Made by a program: the position numbers and the translations under genes
Notes under the pieces: model-generated
Told to the model about the DNA's origin: nothing
The model's database searches: none
What the model saw: the letters and a program-made list of their open reading frames with translations, nothing else
In this document: in pieces, positions 1 through 9,700 of the stretch
How positions within the stretch are numbered: position 1 is the first letter of the stretch
Layout of the letters: each line of letters opens with the position of its first letter
From: an uncultured virus (IMG/VR IMGVR_UViG_3300042294_002635)
Lineage: Duplodnaviria > Heunggongvirae > Uroviricota > Caudoviricetes
IMG/VR virus record: IMGVR_UViG_3300042294_002635
DNA: 20,000 bases
Strand: one strand, 5' to 3'

Positions 1-78
1 AAATTCGACTCCGGAGCCCCCGAGGAAGAAGTGAAGCCCCCAGTCATTCTGGCACGACCTGTTTACAGGAAGCCCTAA
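1..78 (+). CDS. 3' end of an upstream ORF (partial, unknown product)
   Basis: Frame 1 is open from the window edge (KFDSGAPEEEVKPPVILARPVYRKP) to TAA at 76-78. It is too short to verify. Confidence 0.35.
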   Translation, partial: KFDSGAPEEEVKPPVILARPVYRKP

Positions 79-127
79 AGTTACGGCAACACCCCCAAGA
101 TAAACTAAACCATAACAATTCAACGAC

Positions 128-3058
128 ATGAGAACCAGCGAACTCGGCTACCCTGTCCTGTCTACTCCACTGCACAATAAGGTTTTCGGCAGACAAAAGG
201 CAGCTTCAATGGGAGTTAAGGCACGTCAAAAGGCCGAACGACTCTTAAAGCAATTTGGAATATCTGTCCCTGTTGATCACCCTGACAACCTATACGATGG
301 CCCCTTGCCCCTTCCAAGCTTAAGGGGGGGCACTTTACAGGAGCACTTTGAGAATATAGCAACAGAGCAGGTAGGGGTGTACAAAAACCTTGCGAATTCT
401 CTAGCGGGGTGCAAACTCCCAAAACTCCCTGCAGTTTCCGACTTCGTCTATCAGGCGGGATGGACACGCTATGAGTTTGTAGACGGAAAGTTTCTTGTAG
501 AGTCCGTACCATACCCACTCGAAGAAGCTTTCACGTACGACACTGAAACCTTCGTGAAAGCGGGTGCGTTTCCGATTATTGGGACGGCGCTAAGTGAAAA
601 AGCAACCTACATTTGGCTCGCGGCAGAGCTTATTGACCCAACCATACCGGAGGAAGAGTGGGACCAACACGATCTCATTCCCATTGGGGAGAACAGGTTT
701 GTAGCGGGACACAATATTAGCTACGACCGAGTGAGAACACGGGAAGGATACTCACTTAGCCGTAACAAGCCTGAAAACTTCTACTTTGACACACTCTCCG
801 CGCATATCGGAGTGTCGGGTTTGGCTTCAGGTCAACGGTGGTTGTACCTTCTTGCGGCAAAAGACCCCGAAAACCTGACTGAAGAGGAAAAGAGAAAACT
901 CAGGTATGCACCAAAGTGGCTAGACGAGGGCTCAACAAACAGCTTGGTGCAATGCTACAACTTTCACGTTTACGAGGTTCGTAAGTACTTTGGCGATGAG
1001 ACTGTCCGTCCACTCAACCAAGGGGACAAAAAGATACGAGACATTTTCGTAGACGCTACGCATATCTCGCAAATCACAGCGGTTCTTGAGAAGGCTGTAG
1101 AGTACGCGGTGAGGGATGCATTTTACACAGCGGAGCTTTTTCAGGCTTTGTGGCCGAAGTATCTCGACAGTACACCGTCAATGGTTGGACTTTGTGGTCA
1201 CTACCACCTGAACGGATCAGTCGTCCCCTTGGTGGAAGACTGGGCTGAGTGGATTCAGAACACAGAAAGAGTGTTCCATGAGCACAGCCAGGAAATGACT
1301 GAGTTGTGCAGGGAGCTTGTGTGGAAAACGTACAACGAGTGGAAGACTGTCCTTAACAGCGTGGAGGACCCGGAGCGGGGCCTCGCGAAAGCACAGGAAT
1401 GGACAGAACATGACCCCTGGGTGTCCCAGCTTAATTGGGAGCTTCGGAGCAGAAAAGGCAAGTACGCTTGGGTTCCCTCGTGGGTTCAACCCTTTGTGAA
1501 AGACCCTCAACAGCACATCGGAGTAAAGTCGCAATTGGCGCACTTGCTGTTGAAGCTCAAATATGAGGGATCACCTATTATTCAAACCAAAACAGAGGGT
1601 TGGTGCTACTACGATGGAACGGGTGGCCTTGTGAAAGTCCCCCACCCAAAAGGAACTGGAGACAATACCGGAGTGTTACTCAGCAAGGACTTTGTCCAAG
1701 ATATGGAAACCGGGAGGCTAAGTAGCGATCTCCCTGAAGCTAAGAGAGCTCTGGAGATTTCAAACGCTATTTCTTACTGGACTTCTGTTCGTAAGCGGGT
1801 GATGGATCGGATATTCCTTGATACTGAAAACCCGCTTGGTTCGTCCGCTCTCGTGACTCTTCCCGAGATTCTCTGCCACGGGACGGTAACTCGAAGAACC
1901 GTTGAAAGCTTGATGGCAACCATGTGCTCCACGAAAAACTGGAGAATTGGCACGGAGCTGAAAACACGAGTGCAGGCCCCCGAAGGCTGGAAAATTGTAA
2001 GCGCCGACTACGATGGTCAAGAGCTTCAGATCGCATCCATATACAGCGATACTTGGGAGGGTGGCTTTGTCGGATGCTCGCCGATGGGCTACAATGTCCT
2101 GTCAGGATCCAAGGAAAACGGCACTGATCCTCACACCGCTCTTGCTCGTGCTATTCTCCCTGAGATGTATAGGGGGCTTGTGTGGGACAGGAAGCTAGGA
2201 ATTTGTTACAGTCATGAGAGTGAACCGTTGAATGTACCAAATTGTGTAAAGGCTGGAGAAAAATGGTTAAGCCCAATTGAACCCCAGTTGTACAAACTCC
2301 TGGCGAAAGCCAGAGACCTGAGCAAGATTGTAGGCTTCGCAACCTTGTACGGAGGTAGCGTAAGAGCCCTAAGCACTCCAATTCGACGAACTTTTCCTGA
2401 GAAAGGGGAGAGAGAAGTTAAGGATTTCGCACTGAAAGCACTGTCATCGAAAAAGGGGGTACTGGTGAACGGAGTGTATGAAGGTGGTTCTGACTCCGGC
2501 GCATTCAACTTGATGGAGCAAATCTCCATGAAGACAAAGGTTCCTCAGCTGCCTTGCCTTGGTACCAAAATTTCCACTGCAATGCGACCTGCGGCAGTTG
2601 GCACCGAATTTAGGACAGGACGCACAAACTGGGCCATTCAAGCATCGGGTGCCGAAATTCTATCTATAACGCTCACGGCTGTCGCGTGGCTAGCGGAAGA
2701 GTACAAAATCCCCTACCGCTTCATTATCAGCATCCATGATGAACTCCACTTCATGACCCCTGAGAGGTACGCCACTCAGTTTGCCGTGCTGTTCCAAATC
2801 GCCCACCTTTATACCTGGGCGAATTTTCACAGCGCGATGGATATACCGGAGCTTCCACTTAGTCGTGCGTTCTTCTCCTCAGTAGCAATTGACTCTCGGA
2901 TTCGTAAATCCCCGAAAGAGTGTACGGTTACACCTTCAAACCCCCACGGTGCGAAAGAACCTAACGGAGTTGAGTACTCGATGACCGAACTCGGTGAGAC
3001 TGGGGCTGTAGACAAGCTAAAGACACGATACGAAGCTATTCAAAAAGGACTGATTTGA
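128..3058 (+). CDS. Family A DNA polymerase, mitochondrial Pol-gamma-like, with 3'-5' exonuclease
   Basis: ExoI FTYDTE; ExoII VAGHNISYDRVR; FDTLSAHIGVSG; KVPHPKG..NTG..LSKDF; GTVTRRTVE; RIGTELK..VQAPEGWKIVSADYDGQE (motif A); RDLSKIVGFATLYG (motif B); RTNWAIQASG; RFIISIHDE (motif C); AFFSSVAIDSRIRK. These match Pol gamma/Mip1 blocks in order. Confidence 0.95.
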   Translation: MRTSELGYPVLSTPLHNKVFGRQKAASMGVKARQKAERLLKQFGISVPVDHPDNLYDGPLPLPSLRGGTLQEHFENIATEQVGVYKNLANSLAGCKLPKLPAVSDFVYQAGWTRYEFVDGKFLVESVPYPLEEAFTYDTETFVKAGAFPIIGTALSEKATYIWLAAELIDPTIPEEEWDQHDLIPIGENRFVAGHNISYDRVRTREGYSLSRNKPENFYFDTLSAHIGVSGLASGQRWLYLLAAKDPENLTEEEKRKLRYAPKWLDEGSTNSLVQCYNFHVYEVRKYFGDETVRPLNQGDKKIRDIFVDATHISQITAVLEKAVEYAVRDAFYTAELFQALWPKYLDSTPSMVGLCGHYHLNGSVVPLVEDWAEWIQNTERVFHEHSQEMTELCRELVWKTYNEWKTVLNSVEDPERGLAKAQEWTEHDPWVSQLNWELRSRKGKYAWVPSWVQPFVKDPQQHIGVKSQLAHLLLKLKYEGSPIIQTKTEGWCYYDGTGGLVKVPHPKGTGDNTGVLLSKDFVQDMETGRLSSDLPEAKRALEISNAISYWTSVRKRVMDRIFLDTENPLGSSALVTLPEILCHGTVTRRTVESLMATMCSTKNWRIGTELKTRVQAPEGWKIVSADYDGQELQIASIYSDTWEGGFVGCSPMGYNVLSGSKENGTDPHTALARAILPEMYRGLVWDRKLGICYSHESEPLNVPNCVKAGEKWLSPIEPQLYKLLAKARDLSKIVGFATLYGGSVRALSTPIRRTFPEKGEREVKDFALKALSSKKGVLVNGVYEGGSDSGAFNLMEQISMKTKVPQLPCLGTKISTAMRPAAVGTEFRTGRTNWAIQASGAEILSITLTAVAWLAEEYKIPYRFIISIHDELHFMTPERYATQFAVLFQIAHLYTWANFHSAMDIPELPLSRAFFSSVAIDSRIRKSPKECTVTPSNPHGAKEPNGVEYSMTELGETGAVDKLKTRYEAIQKGLI

Positions 3059-3066
3059 GACTAACT

Positions 3067-3264
3067 ATGAAAACACCCATCAAGATCAAAAAGCCACGAG
3101 TTCAATCCGCAGACATATACCCATGCAGAACAAAAGTAGGCATGTACTGGTGGCCGATCCCGTTTGACAAGAACGGAAGATTCATCCCGTCGTCTGTGGA
3201 CTGTTTGTATTCACAAGAGTACTTCTCCCAAGGTGATGCAATTCGCATGCTTCGTTCTCTATAA
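3067..3264 (+). CDS. Hypothetical protein
   Basis: Short ORF directly after the polymerase. ATG at 3067 is preferred over TTG at 3055. Confidence 0.6.
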   Translation: MKTPIKIKKPRVQSADIYPCRTKVGMYWWPIPFDKNGRFIPSSVDCLYSQEYFSQGDAIRMLRSL

Positions 3265-3281
3265 CTAACAAGAGCTTAATT

Positions 3282-3758
3282 GTGGGACACTACTTAGAAA
3301 AGCTACTAAAGTGGTTGGGGTTTGGTTCTGATAAAAGGGACTCAGTTTGCGCAGATTCGGGTAGCTCTATCGAGTTTTTAGAAAGCTGTGACGACTTTCT
3401 TGAGTGGGTGAATAACCCGACCACGTCTATCGCCGATCTTGAAAATTACGGAAAAGACAATCCCATAACATTTTTTGATAAAACCCTAACTTTCCCACCA
3501 AACCCCTCGAAAGGGCAAATATACCACTGTCCAGCCGAGGGTAGGAGGTATATTTGGATGGAGACCGCGAGTAGCTCAAACTGGGTGCCCCTGCTCGACC
3601 AAGCTTGTGTCTCACCCTTGGGAAGTCTTGTGCAGGGGTCCGGTGGTGCAGGTGGTGCTGGCGTAGTTAGTCTTATGCAGGGGTCCGGTGGTGCAGGTGG
3701 TGCTGGCGTAGTTAGTCTTATGCAGGGGTCCGGTGGCGCGGCGGGTGCGGCGGGGTAG
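3282..3758 (+). CDS. Hypothetical protein with FPxNPxxGQxY...YxW motif and Gly/Ala-rich repeats (possibly the 5' part of a frameshifted gene)
   Basis: LTFPPNPSKGQIYH...RRYIW...WV resembles a small module seen in phage structural proteins. The C-terminus consists of 15-aa repeats. Confidence 0.6.
   Translation: MGHYLEKLLKWLGFGSDKRDSVCADSGSSIEFLESCDDFLEWVNNPTTSIADLENYGKDNPITFFDKTLTFPPNPSKGQIYHCPAEGRRYIWMETASSSNWVPLLDQACVSPLGSLVQGSGGAGGAGVVSLMQGSGGAGGAGVVSLMQGSGGAAGAAG
3631..3736 (+). repeat. 45-bp tandem repeat: 2 perfect copies plus a partial third, in frame (QGSGGAGGAGVVSLM)
   Basis: tgcaggggtccggtggtgcaggtggtgctggcgtagttagtctta at 3631-3675 and 3676-3720; the first 16 nt recur at 3721-3736. 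Confidence 0.95.
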
Positions 3759-3916
3759 AGCTCGCGTATACTCCGTGGAACTACCTACCACCCACAAAAG
3801 CTGTTACAATTCTGGCGCACGAGAGCGGCGACAGCAACCACCCACCTTCAGGATCCTACATAGATGGTTCCACATGGGTTCACCCGTCGTCAGAAGAATC
3901 CCACCGACTTGTACTT

Positions 3917-4465
3917 GTGGTGAAAGAGGGTAAGTGGCGAGTCCACGGCCAGGAGGGTGCGTTGTCATTCTTAAGACTAGAGTCCTACTTGCGTTTGTAC
4001 CCCAACACAAGATTCAGTACTTACCTAACAAACACGCAAATTAGAGACGCTGTGAAGTTACTCTTGCTCAACACCCTTGGAAGTTTGGATCTCTTGGAAT
4101 ACAACATTTTAACTAAGCAGTTTGTATTTGGGGATGGGGACAAGACCTTGTGCCTACCTGAGGAGTCTTTGCACGATATGACTCCTTCTCTCTTTGTCGA
4201 GGGGATAGAAAAGGCCCGAATAGAGAAGGGGTGGAAGGGAATGGAGTACTACCACTGGCTAGAGCGACAACCACTAACAAAACTCAATTCTCAAGAAAAA
4301 CATCGGTTGAGGGAACAGCAGAAAAAGATACAAGAACAGACTCACAGAGTGTTGCGTCTAGAGAAGCAGTCGAATGACTCACGAAAGAAGCGTGAACAAG
4401 AGGGGCGCGAAACTTCGCAAAGTGTGCTAAGATCTCTGGCGAAAGTCAGGGACTTGTCGTCGTAG
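3917..4465 (+). CDS. Hypothetical protein with charged, coiled-coil-like C-terminus (start uncertain)
   Basis: 182-aa ORF with no clear RBS. The frame is open upstream to 3716 without another start codon. Confidence 0.6.
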   Translation: MVKEGKWRVHGQEGALSFLRLESYLRLYPNTRFSTYLTNTQIRDAVKLLLLNTLGSLDLLEYNILTKQFVFGDGDKTLCLPEESLHDMTPSLFVEGIEKARIEKGWKGMEYYHWLERQPLTKLNSQEKHRLREQQKKIQEQTHRVLRLEKQSNDSRKKREQEGRETSQSVLRSLAKVRDLSS

Positions 4466-4510
4466 TGTTTCAACCTTATTCCGAATACCACTTACTCACT
4501 CACACTCAAA

Positions 4511-4726
4511 ATGCCGTTCCCACTCCCCCTAGACCCTGACTTTCGGAAAGAAGTCATACAGAGTTGGATCGAAGACATTTACGATCGCCTAGGTGGTGGT
4601 GACGTAGAAAGTGCGAAGAAAAGTTGGGAAATAGCAAATAAGCTTTATCTCTCCCTCCCAGCTGGGCAGGGGGATTTTTTCATTGAGGAAAGGCTCTTAG
4701 AAGCTAGGGTAAAACTAGAGCGGTAA
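4511..4726 (+). CDS. Hypothetical protein (small, helical)
   Basis: 71-aa ATG ORF that fills the gap between co-oriented genes. Confidence 0.65.
   Translation: MPFPLPLDPDFRKEVIQSWIEDIYDRLGGGDVESAKKSWEIANKLYLSLPAGQGDFFIEERLLEARVKLER
4707..4715 (+). promoter_or_regulatory. GGGTAAAAC motif, candidate late promoter
   Basis: One of six copies located just upstream of structural genes; this one precedes the tail chaperone. Confidence 0.55.
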
Positions 4727-4741
4727 AGATACAACATCACC

Positions 4742-5065
4742 ATGCGAACTGTAACTACAGAACCAAACCCACCCGCAGAACCAAACACCAGACACGATCT
4801 TCTAACCTTTAGCGGAGCCTTGTCGGACGGAAGGCAGATCACAGTTCGTGAAATGACTGGACGAGACCTGCTCTATATCGAGGACGAGTTGTCGGCACTC
4901 GGGGAGACACGGCAGAGCTTTCACCTTGTTGAACGACTAAACGTGGGGCCTGAAAAAGTGTCCTTTGACGAAGTTGCAGACATGGGTGCTCGAGACCTGA
5001 AGGTTGTAGTCGGGTTGATTAAACAGGCTAACGGGTCCGAAGAAGGAAAGAAAGACCCAAAATAA
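4742..5065 (+). CDS. Tail assembly chaperone (Mu gp41 / P2 gpE-like)
   Basis: LSDGRQITVREMTGRDL...FDEVADMGARDL pattern; ends in the slippery heptamer C CCA AAA before TAA. Confidence 0.75.
   Translation: MRTVTTEPNPPAEPNTRHDLLTFSGALSDGRQITVREMTGRDLLYIEDELSALGETRQSFHLVERLNVGPEKVSFDEVADMGARDLKVVVGLIKQANGSEEGKKDPK
5056..5062 (+). other. -1 programmed ribosomal frameshift site (C CCA AAA)
   Basis: X XXY YYZ heptamer immediately before the chaperone stop. The -1 frame is open without stops from here to 5487. Confidence 0.75.
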
Positions 5066-5487
5066 CCGTTGAAGAACTCGAAGACTTTTCCTTTTTAGTC
5101 TCAGTAGGGCGAAACAAGGCAGTTCATGTTCGGGACATTGTCCCGAAAGACTTTATCTTCGCCAGAGTTCTACAAGACAAGGGTTTAAGTGCTATGGGGC
5201 TACTTGCCAGGTTAATTAAGAACCCTGAAAGTCTTGAGACTTTATCTTCCACCAACTTTCGAGCCCTCTACAAGTGGGTCACTGATAATATTCTCAACGA
5301 GAGTATTCTCACTCCGGAAAGTTGGATGGAGATTTCGTTTCACTTGAACAAGCAACGCTGGGACGGCGGAATAGACTGGTTGGACTCTCAACCAATGGCA
5401 CGAATAAAGCGCATGATCGAAATAAACCAGAAAGTTGCTGAGCAGCAGCAAGACGAGATCAAAAAGTCAAGGAGAGCAGGCCGCTAA
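5062..5487 (+). CDS. Frameshift extension of the tail chaperone (G-T type fusion, about 248 aa total)
   Basis: The ORF-track ORF 5194..5487 is open back to the slippery site: ITVEELEDFSFLVSVGRNKAVHVRDIVPKDF... Confidence 0.7.
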   Translation: MTVEELEDFSFLVSVGRNKAVHVRDIVPKDFIFARVLQDKGLSAMGLLARLIKNPESLETLSSTNFRALYKWVTDNILNESILTPESWMEISFHLNKQRWDGGIDWLDSQPMARIKRMIEINQKVAEQQQDEIKKSRRAGR

Positions 5488-5897
5488 TGTTCAAGTTTAG
5501 CCTAAGAACACCTTTCAGAGGTGAGCCATTCAACCCGAATTGGTGGGAACCAACGAAGTTAGAGTGGGCGCCTGTACTCCTGAACGAAAACAAGCCGTAC
5601 TGGAAGAACCAGACTGACACGAACGGTCGAGCCTGGCGCCCACTTACAACACAGTACCGTGCTTGGAAGAGAAAGCAGTACGGCGATCTCCCAATTCTCA
5701 GGGTAACAGGAAAGATGCAGGATACTGCAAAAGTCTTATCTTACCTTAAAAACGATCGCTTTGCGGTCCTTACAACTAGTGTAGGACCCTACCACCAGTT
5801 TGGTACAAAAAACATGGCTGCAAGGCCGTGGATGGGGGTGCCTAAGTCATCTCTCGAAAAACTTTCAGGAATCGCCTGGAAACACATTCTCAATTAA
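5487..5897 (+). CDS. Phage virion morphogenesis / tail completion protein (Mu gpG / P2 gpS-like)
   Basis: WRPLT..Y...K....PILRVTGKMQ and YHQFGTKNMAARPWMG motifs. Confidence 0.8.
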   Translation: MFKFSLRTPFRGEPFNPNWWEPTKLEWAPVLLNENKPYWKNQTDTNGRAWRPLTTQYRAWKRKQYGDLPILRVTGKMQDTAKVLSYLKNDRFAVLTTSVGPYHQFGTKNMAARPWMGVPKSSLEKLSGIAWKHILN

Positions 5898-5906
5898 CTC
5901 ATCACC

Positions 5907-6320
5907 ATGACAAAGACAAGAGCTAAGGACGACAAGGGACAATTTCTTGGAGACAACCCCGCAACGCCGGACGTAGACGAGGCGTGGGTCGAAGACAAGA
6001 GCGAAGTTGCACCTGCCGAGGGGAACAACGCCGATTCAACCGTTGAGGACAAGGTTGAGAAACTGTCGCAAGAGCCCGCCACGGTGGAGCTTAAGACATC
6101 TGAAACGACCGCAGTGAAAGAAAAGCAGAGCAAGGAGTCCATTGAAGCTTCCGTACAAGAAAAGCTCTCAAAAAGACTAGACGGTGAAGTAGACCCCTTC
6201 ATCCCGTCGGCACAGCTTCAAAAGGAAGTTAAAGAGATTGCAAGTCAGGAGGGTTTCCAACTCACACGTGGAACCGAAGCTGGTGCGGCTCTCATGGCCC
6301 GCGCACGTAGGTCTGCTTAA
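5907..6320 (+). CDS. Hypothetical protein, acidic, with N-terminal RAKDDKGQFLGDNPATPDVDEAW motif
   Basis: ATG ORF within the operon; low-complexity E/K-rich body. Confidence 0.75.
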   Translation: MTKTRAKDDKGQFLGDNPATPDVDEAWVEDKSEVAPAEGNNADSTVEDKVEKLSQEPATVELKTSETTAVKEKQSKESIEASVQEKLSKRLDGEVDPFIPSAQLQKEVKEIASQEGFQLTRGTEAGAALMARARRSA

Positions 6321-6322
6321 TC

Positions 6323-6685
6323 GTGAAATCATTTGTCTTCCAACCTGGAATGACATGGAGAAAGCTAGGGTACGGGTTTCACTCGGACTCCTTGGCTTAC
6401 CGTGAAGTTCTAAACTACAACCCCAAGTGGTCTGTCGTCGAGCTTCCCCCTCCAGGGACAGTTCTTCAAGAGGGGGCAAACACAGCAGGGTCAGGGGCAT
6501 CACAGCAGTCCCCAATATTCGGTAGAAGTTCAGGGCAGACATCCTTGGACTTCTACCCCTTTTCAAGCGAAGCAGAATACTTTTTGTCCTTGTCATCCTA
6601 CAATCGGTCCGCCCTTCGTGAAGTGAGCAGGTTGAACGGGTGGTCACTCGATAGCTCCGAAGTTGTTACCGGACAGGTAGGGTAA
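6323..6685 (+). CDS. Tail protein X / LysM-like baseplate protein
   Basis: N-terminal QPGMTWRKLGY.FH....YREVLNYNP......PPPGTVL resembles the P2 gpX LysM-like fold. Confidence 0.6.
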   Translation: MKSFVFQPGMTWRKLGYGFHSDSLAYREVLNYNPKWSVVELPPPGTVLQEGANTAGSGASQQSPIFGRSSGQTSLDFYPFSSEAEYFLSLSSYNRSALREVSRLNGWSLDSSEVVTGQVG

Positions 6686-6688
6686 AAC
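6680..6688 (+). promoter_or_regulatory. GGGTAAAAC motif, candidate late promoter
   Basis: About 95 nt upstream of the sheath ATG. Confidence 0.6.
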
Positions 6689-6783
6689 CTCTAGGTATAC
6701 ACCCTAAACCTTTGGCCTACGGGCACCACCGCCGGACTTATCCTCGCCGGCACAAAGGTAAGGAAAAGGAGGAATCTACCCAA

Positions 6784-9700
6784 ATGGCAACTTTTTCTTT
6801 CGGCACCGGTATCGTCCCCGGAGCACCAGGTACATATATCAACGAGCGTGTTGGAAATGTAGCTTCCACAGGTATTGCCTCGTTCAACACAACTTACATG
6901 TTGGTTGAAACTGAGGAAGACGTCACTGTCGCACGTTTCCCTTTCAACACACCAGTTCCAGTATCTTCACTAACCGACTACAAAGCCTTGGTAGGGAAAG
7001 TTCCCGAAACTCGTATTCCCCTCCTTAGCTACAACTGTGTGAATGCATTCTTTTTGAATGCGCAAGTTGGCGATCTTCGAGTCGTTCGTGTTGGAACTCC
7101 AAACCAGATTGTAGAAATAGAGATTCTTCCGTCGGGCTCCAAGATTAGTAGCACCGGCATTCCATCTACCCTTAAAGCTGGCGACGTAGTTTATGCTCAG
7201 CTTATTTTAAACGGGTTGAAGCTTGTTGCTGGAGACGGCTCAAACGGATACACATCCGAAGGGGAATGGCTCGGCGTGCCAACAGTAATTCCTGTTGATT
7301 ACATTTCCGGTGACAAGGTCAATAACCGCAAAATTTCTGCCGCAATTTCAAGCTCAATCGCCGCAGCTATTCAAAGTAACCCAAGTGTAAGCAGTGCCAT
7401 ATTCGTTCGTGACTCGGGCCTCGCAAACGATTTGCTCCCTTCTTCAAACTCGGAAAGCGGCTACGTAACAATTGCAGCAGCCACCTACGACGGGAGTGTT
7501 TCCGTAATAACCGAGCAGCTGCCAGTTGGAGCGCAAAAGGTCTTAATGCAGACCGCGTATAATATTCAAAATGTCGTTGGCCTTCAAAACAATCTTGAGC
7601 GAGTTCCTCAGGATTACGTTCAGTGTATTAACACTGCCTTTGACGGACAAGCAAACCAAGGGTACCTTGTAACTCCCACCGCGTACGCTCAGTTCGACGC
7701 CGAAGGCCGGTCTCTAGTTGGAGCAGCAGCTGCCGCACACTGCCAGGACAACAACTTTAAGTGGATGGCCGCAGCAGACCCAGGCTCCTTCCTTGTTACC
7801 GACGTAAACAAGTACAAAGAGTACACTCCGCATCAGCCCGCAGAAGACCTTGTAACCGACAACCTATACCTGGTTGATAACGCCATCTATCAGTGGAAGG
7901 GTGAAGAAGTAACATACGACCGTCTAAAACACCAGACCCTAGTTCCCGGCTACGACCCTAAGGTTGCTGTTCAGTCGTCAGTGGAGGGAGTAGCGGAGGG
8001 CGAAACTGTTGGCCTCCTAGACTTAGCCAAGTTCACAGTCACATCCTCTGCCTCTCTAGCCAACCGGGGAGTCTTCGCCCTGGGGTCAAGCACAGTTTGG
8101 CCGGTAGACTACCAGATTCAACGAGTAACATTGAGTGGCCTTGGCGCGGATTTTCTGCCCCTACTTCCACTTGGAGAAACCTCAACTGAGGTGTACTTCG
8201 TGGCACCCCCACTTTCCAGTGCCCAATACGGAACGTACCCATCAGACGGACAAGTACAATACGTTTATATCGCACAAACTTCTACTCAAGCTGTGTCAAT
8301 TCTGGCTGAAGTTACAGCCTTGGGGGGTACCAGTGCTGCATTAAACGCACCTTTAACTCCCTCCGGAGCATTCAGTGTTGCATCCCCAACTTCAAGTACA
8401 GCTCAAGCGACTTATACCACACCCCAGTGGGATTTACCTGTAACTATTGAGGGTCAGACCTCAAACTTGATTCACAATCTGACTGGTGCTCCTGCTTTTG
8501 TGAACACTCTCCACTTACCTGGAAGCTTACAGAACACCACCGATGACTACCGCCTATCCTTTGTAAGCCGCTCACTATTCAACCCCTCAACTGTGCTCTC
8601 CTCAAGCACTGTCCCAGGATACACCGGTGCCGTTTCCTTCGGAGTGACATCTCACAAATTAGTTAACGGACAGAAACTTTTCTTTACTAAGCCCATTCTG
8701 GCAGGCGCTGCAACCCTGTTTAAGGCAACAGTTAGAAACAATCTACAAGCTTATTATGTTAAGGTAATTGACCCCGATAAGTTTGTACTTGCAACTTCTA
8801 GCTCCAACTACCTTGCAGGTTCTTACGTTCCCTATCCTGTTGGGATGGTGAGCATTTCCACGAGTCCCACCATCCTATACACTTCGGTCCTAGGCGGCGG
8901 GTTAACTACTGTGAACCTCTCAGAGTTGAGCGTTGTTCCGCTGGTTCGAGGGAGAAAGTACGGTCTGGCTTCAGGTACAATCGCAGACCGTGCGTACGAT
9001 CACAACTTGCTCACGGCGAACGACGATCCAACTGTATCCCTGTACCTGAACTCAAGTCCCTTAGTTATTGGGTCGGAGCACGTCTACCCGTACGGTGAAA
9101 CTGCTAACGCGGGGTGGTTACCCTCTTTAGAACTTGTGGGGCCTGGGGAAACCTCAACGAGTGTTGAGAACTTTCTTTGCACCCCCACTGTGGACCAAAA
9201 CTTCTCTTCGGAAGCACACATCGTCCCTGTGATCGATCCGATTTTCGGAGGAAACTTCAGCGCAAGTACCACTGTTGTCCTCGGAAAGCTTGCTTCTGTA
9301 ACGCCATACGTCACCGCTTGTGGTCTCCTCGTTGACAGCACTGGAGTTGCAATTCAAGCAGCTCTATCAAAATTGAGCGGAGTTTATTTTAACGTTACGG
9401 TTGCACCGGCGAACTCCGTTGCTCCTGACGGAGTTACACGAGTCGTTGTCGGGGACAGGTTGGCGGTTACATTTGACGGCTCATCCTACAGTTGGGTTGT
9501 TGTGCCGGCGAACACCCTTGGCGGTGACTTGAGCACAGTTTCCACTGTTTGTTACGGTTCACAAGTTGAATTTGCCCTCACTCCTGAACAAACACCAAGC
9601 GCAAATCTGTGGAGATTCGAGACCATCACGTCTACCGAAATTATCGACGAAGCACTTCGTGGAGTTGGATTTGCAGGCGAACCTCAAGCTGTGTTTGTGG

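Noticed and set aside
2156..2308. Intein in the polymerase
   Set aside because: Too short, and lacks an N-terminal Cys/Ser block and a C-terminal His-Asn followed by Cys/Ser/Thr.
128..3058. Eukaryotic nuclear or mitochondrial origin of the window
   Set aside because: The context is dense phage structural genes with Shine-Dalgarno sites and intrinsic terminators.
3631..3736. CRISPR array
   Set aside because: The repeats are directly adjacent with no spacers and are in-frame coding repeats.
6712..6783. TTG start extending the sheath by 24 aa
   Set aside because: ATG 6784 has a strong aaggagg RBS and begins the conserved sheath N-terminus.
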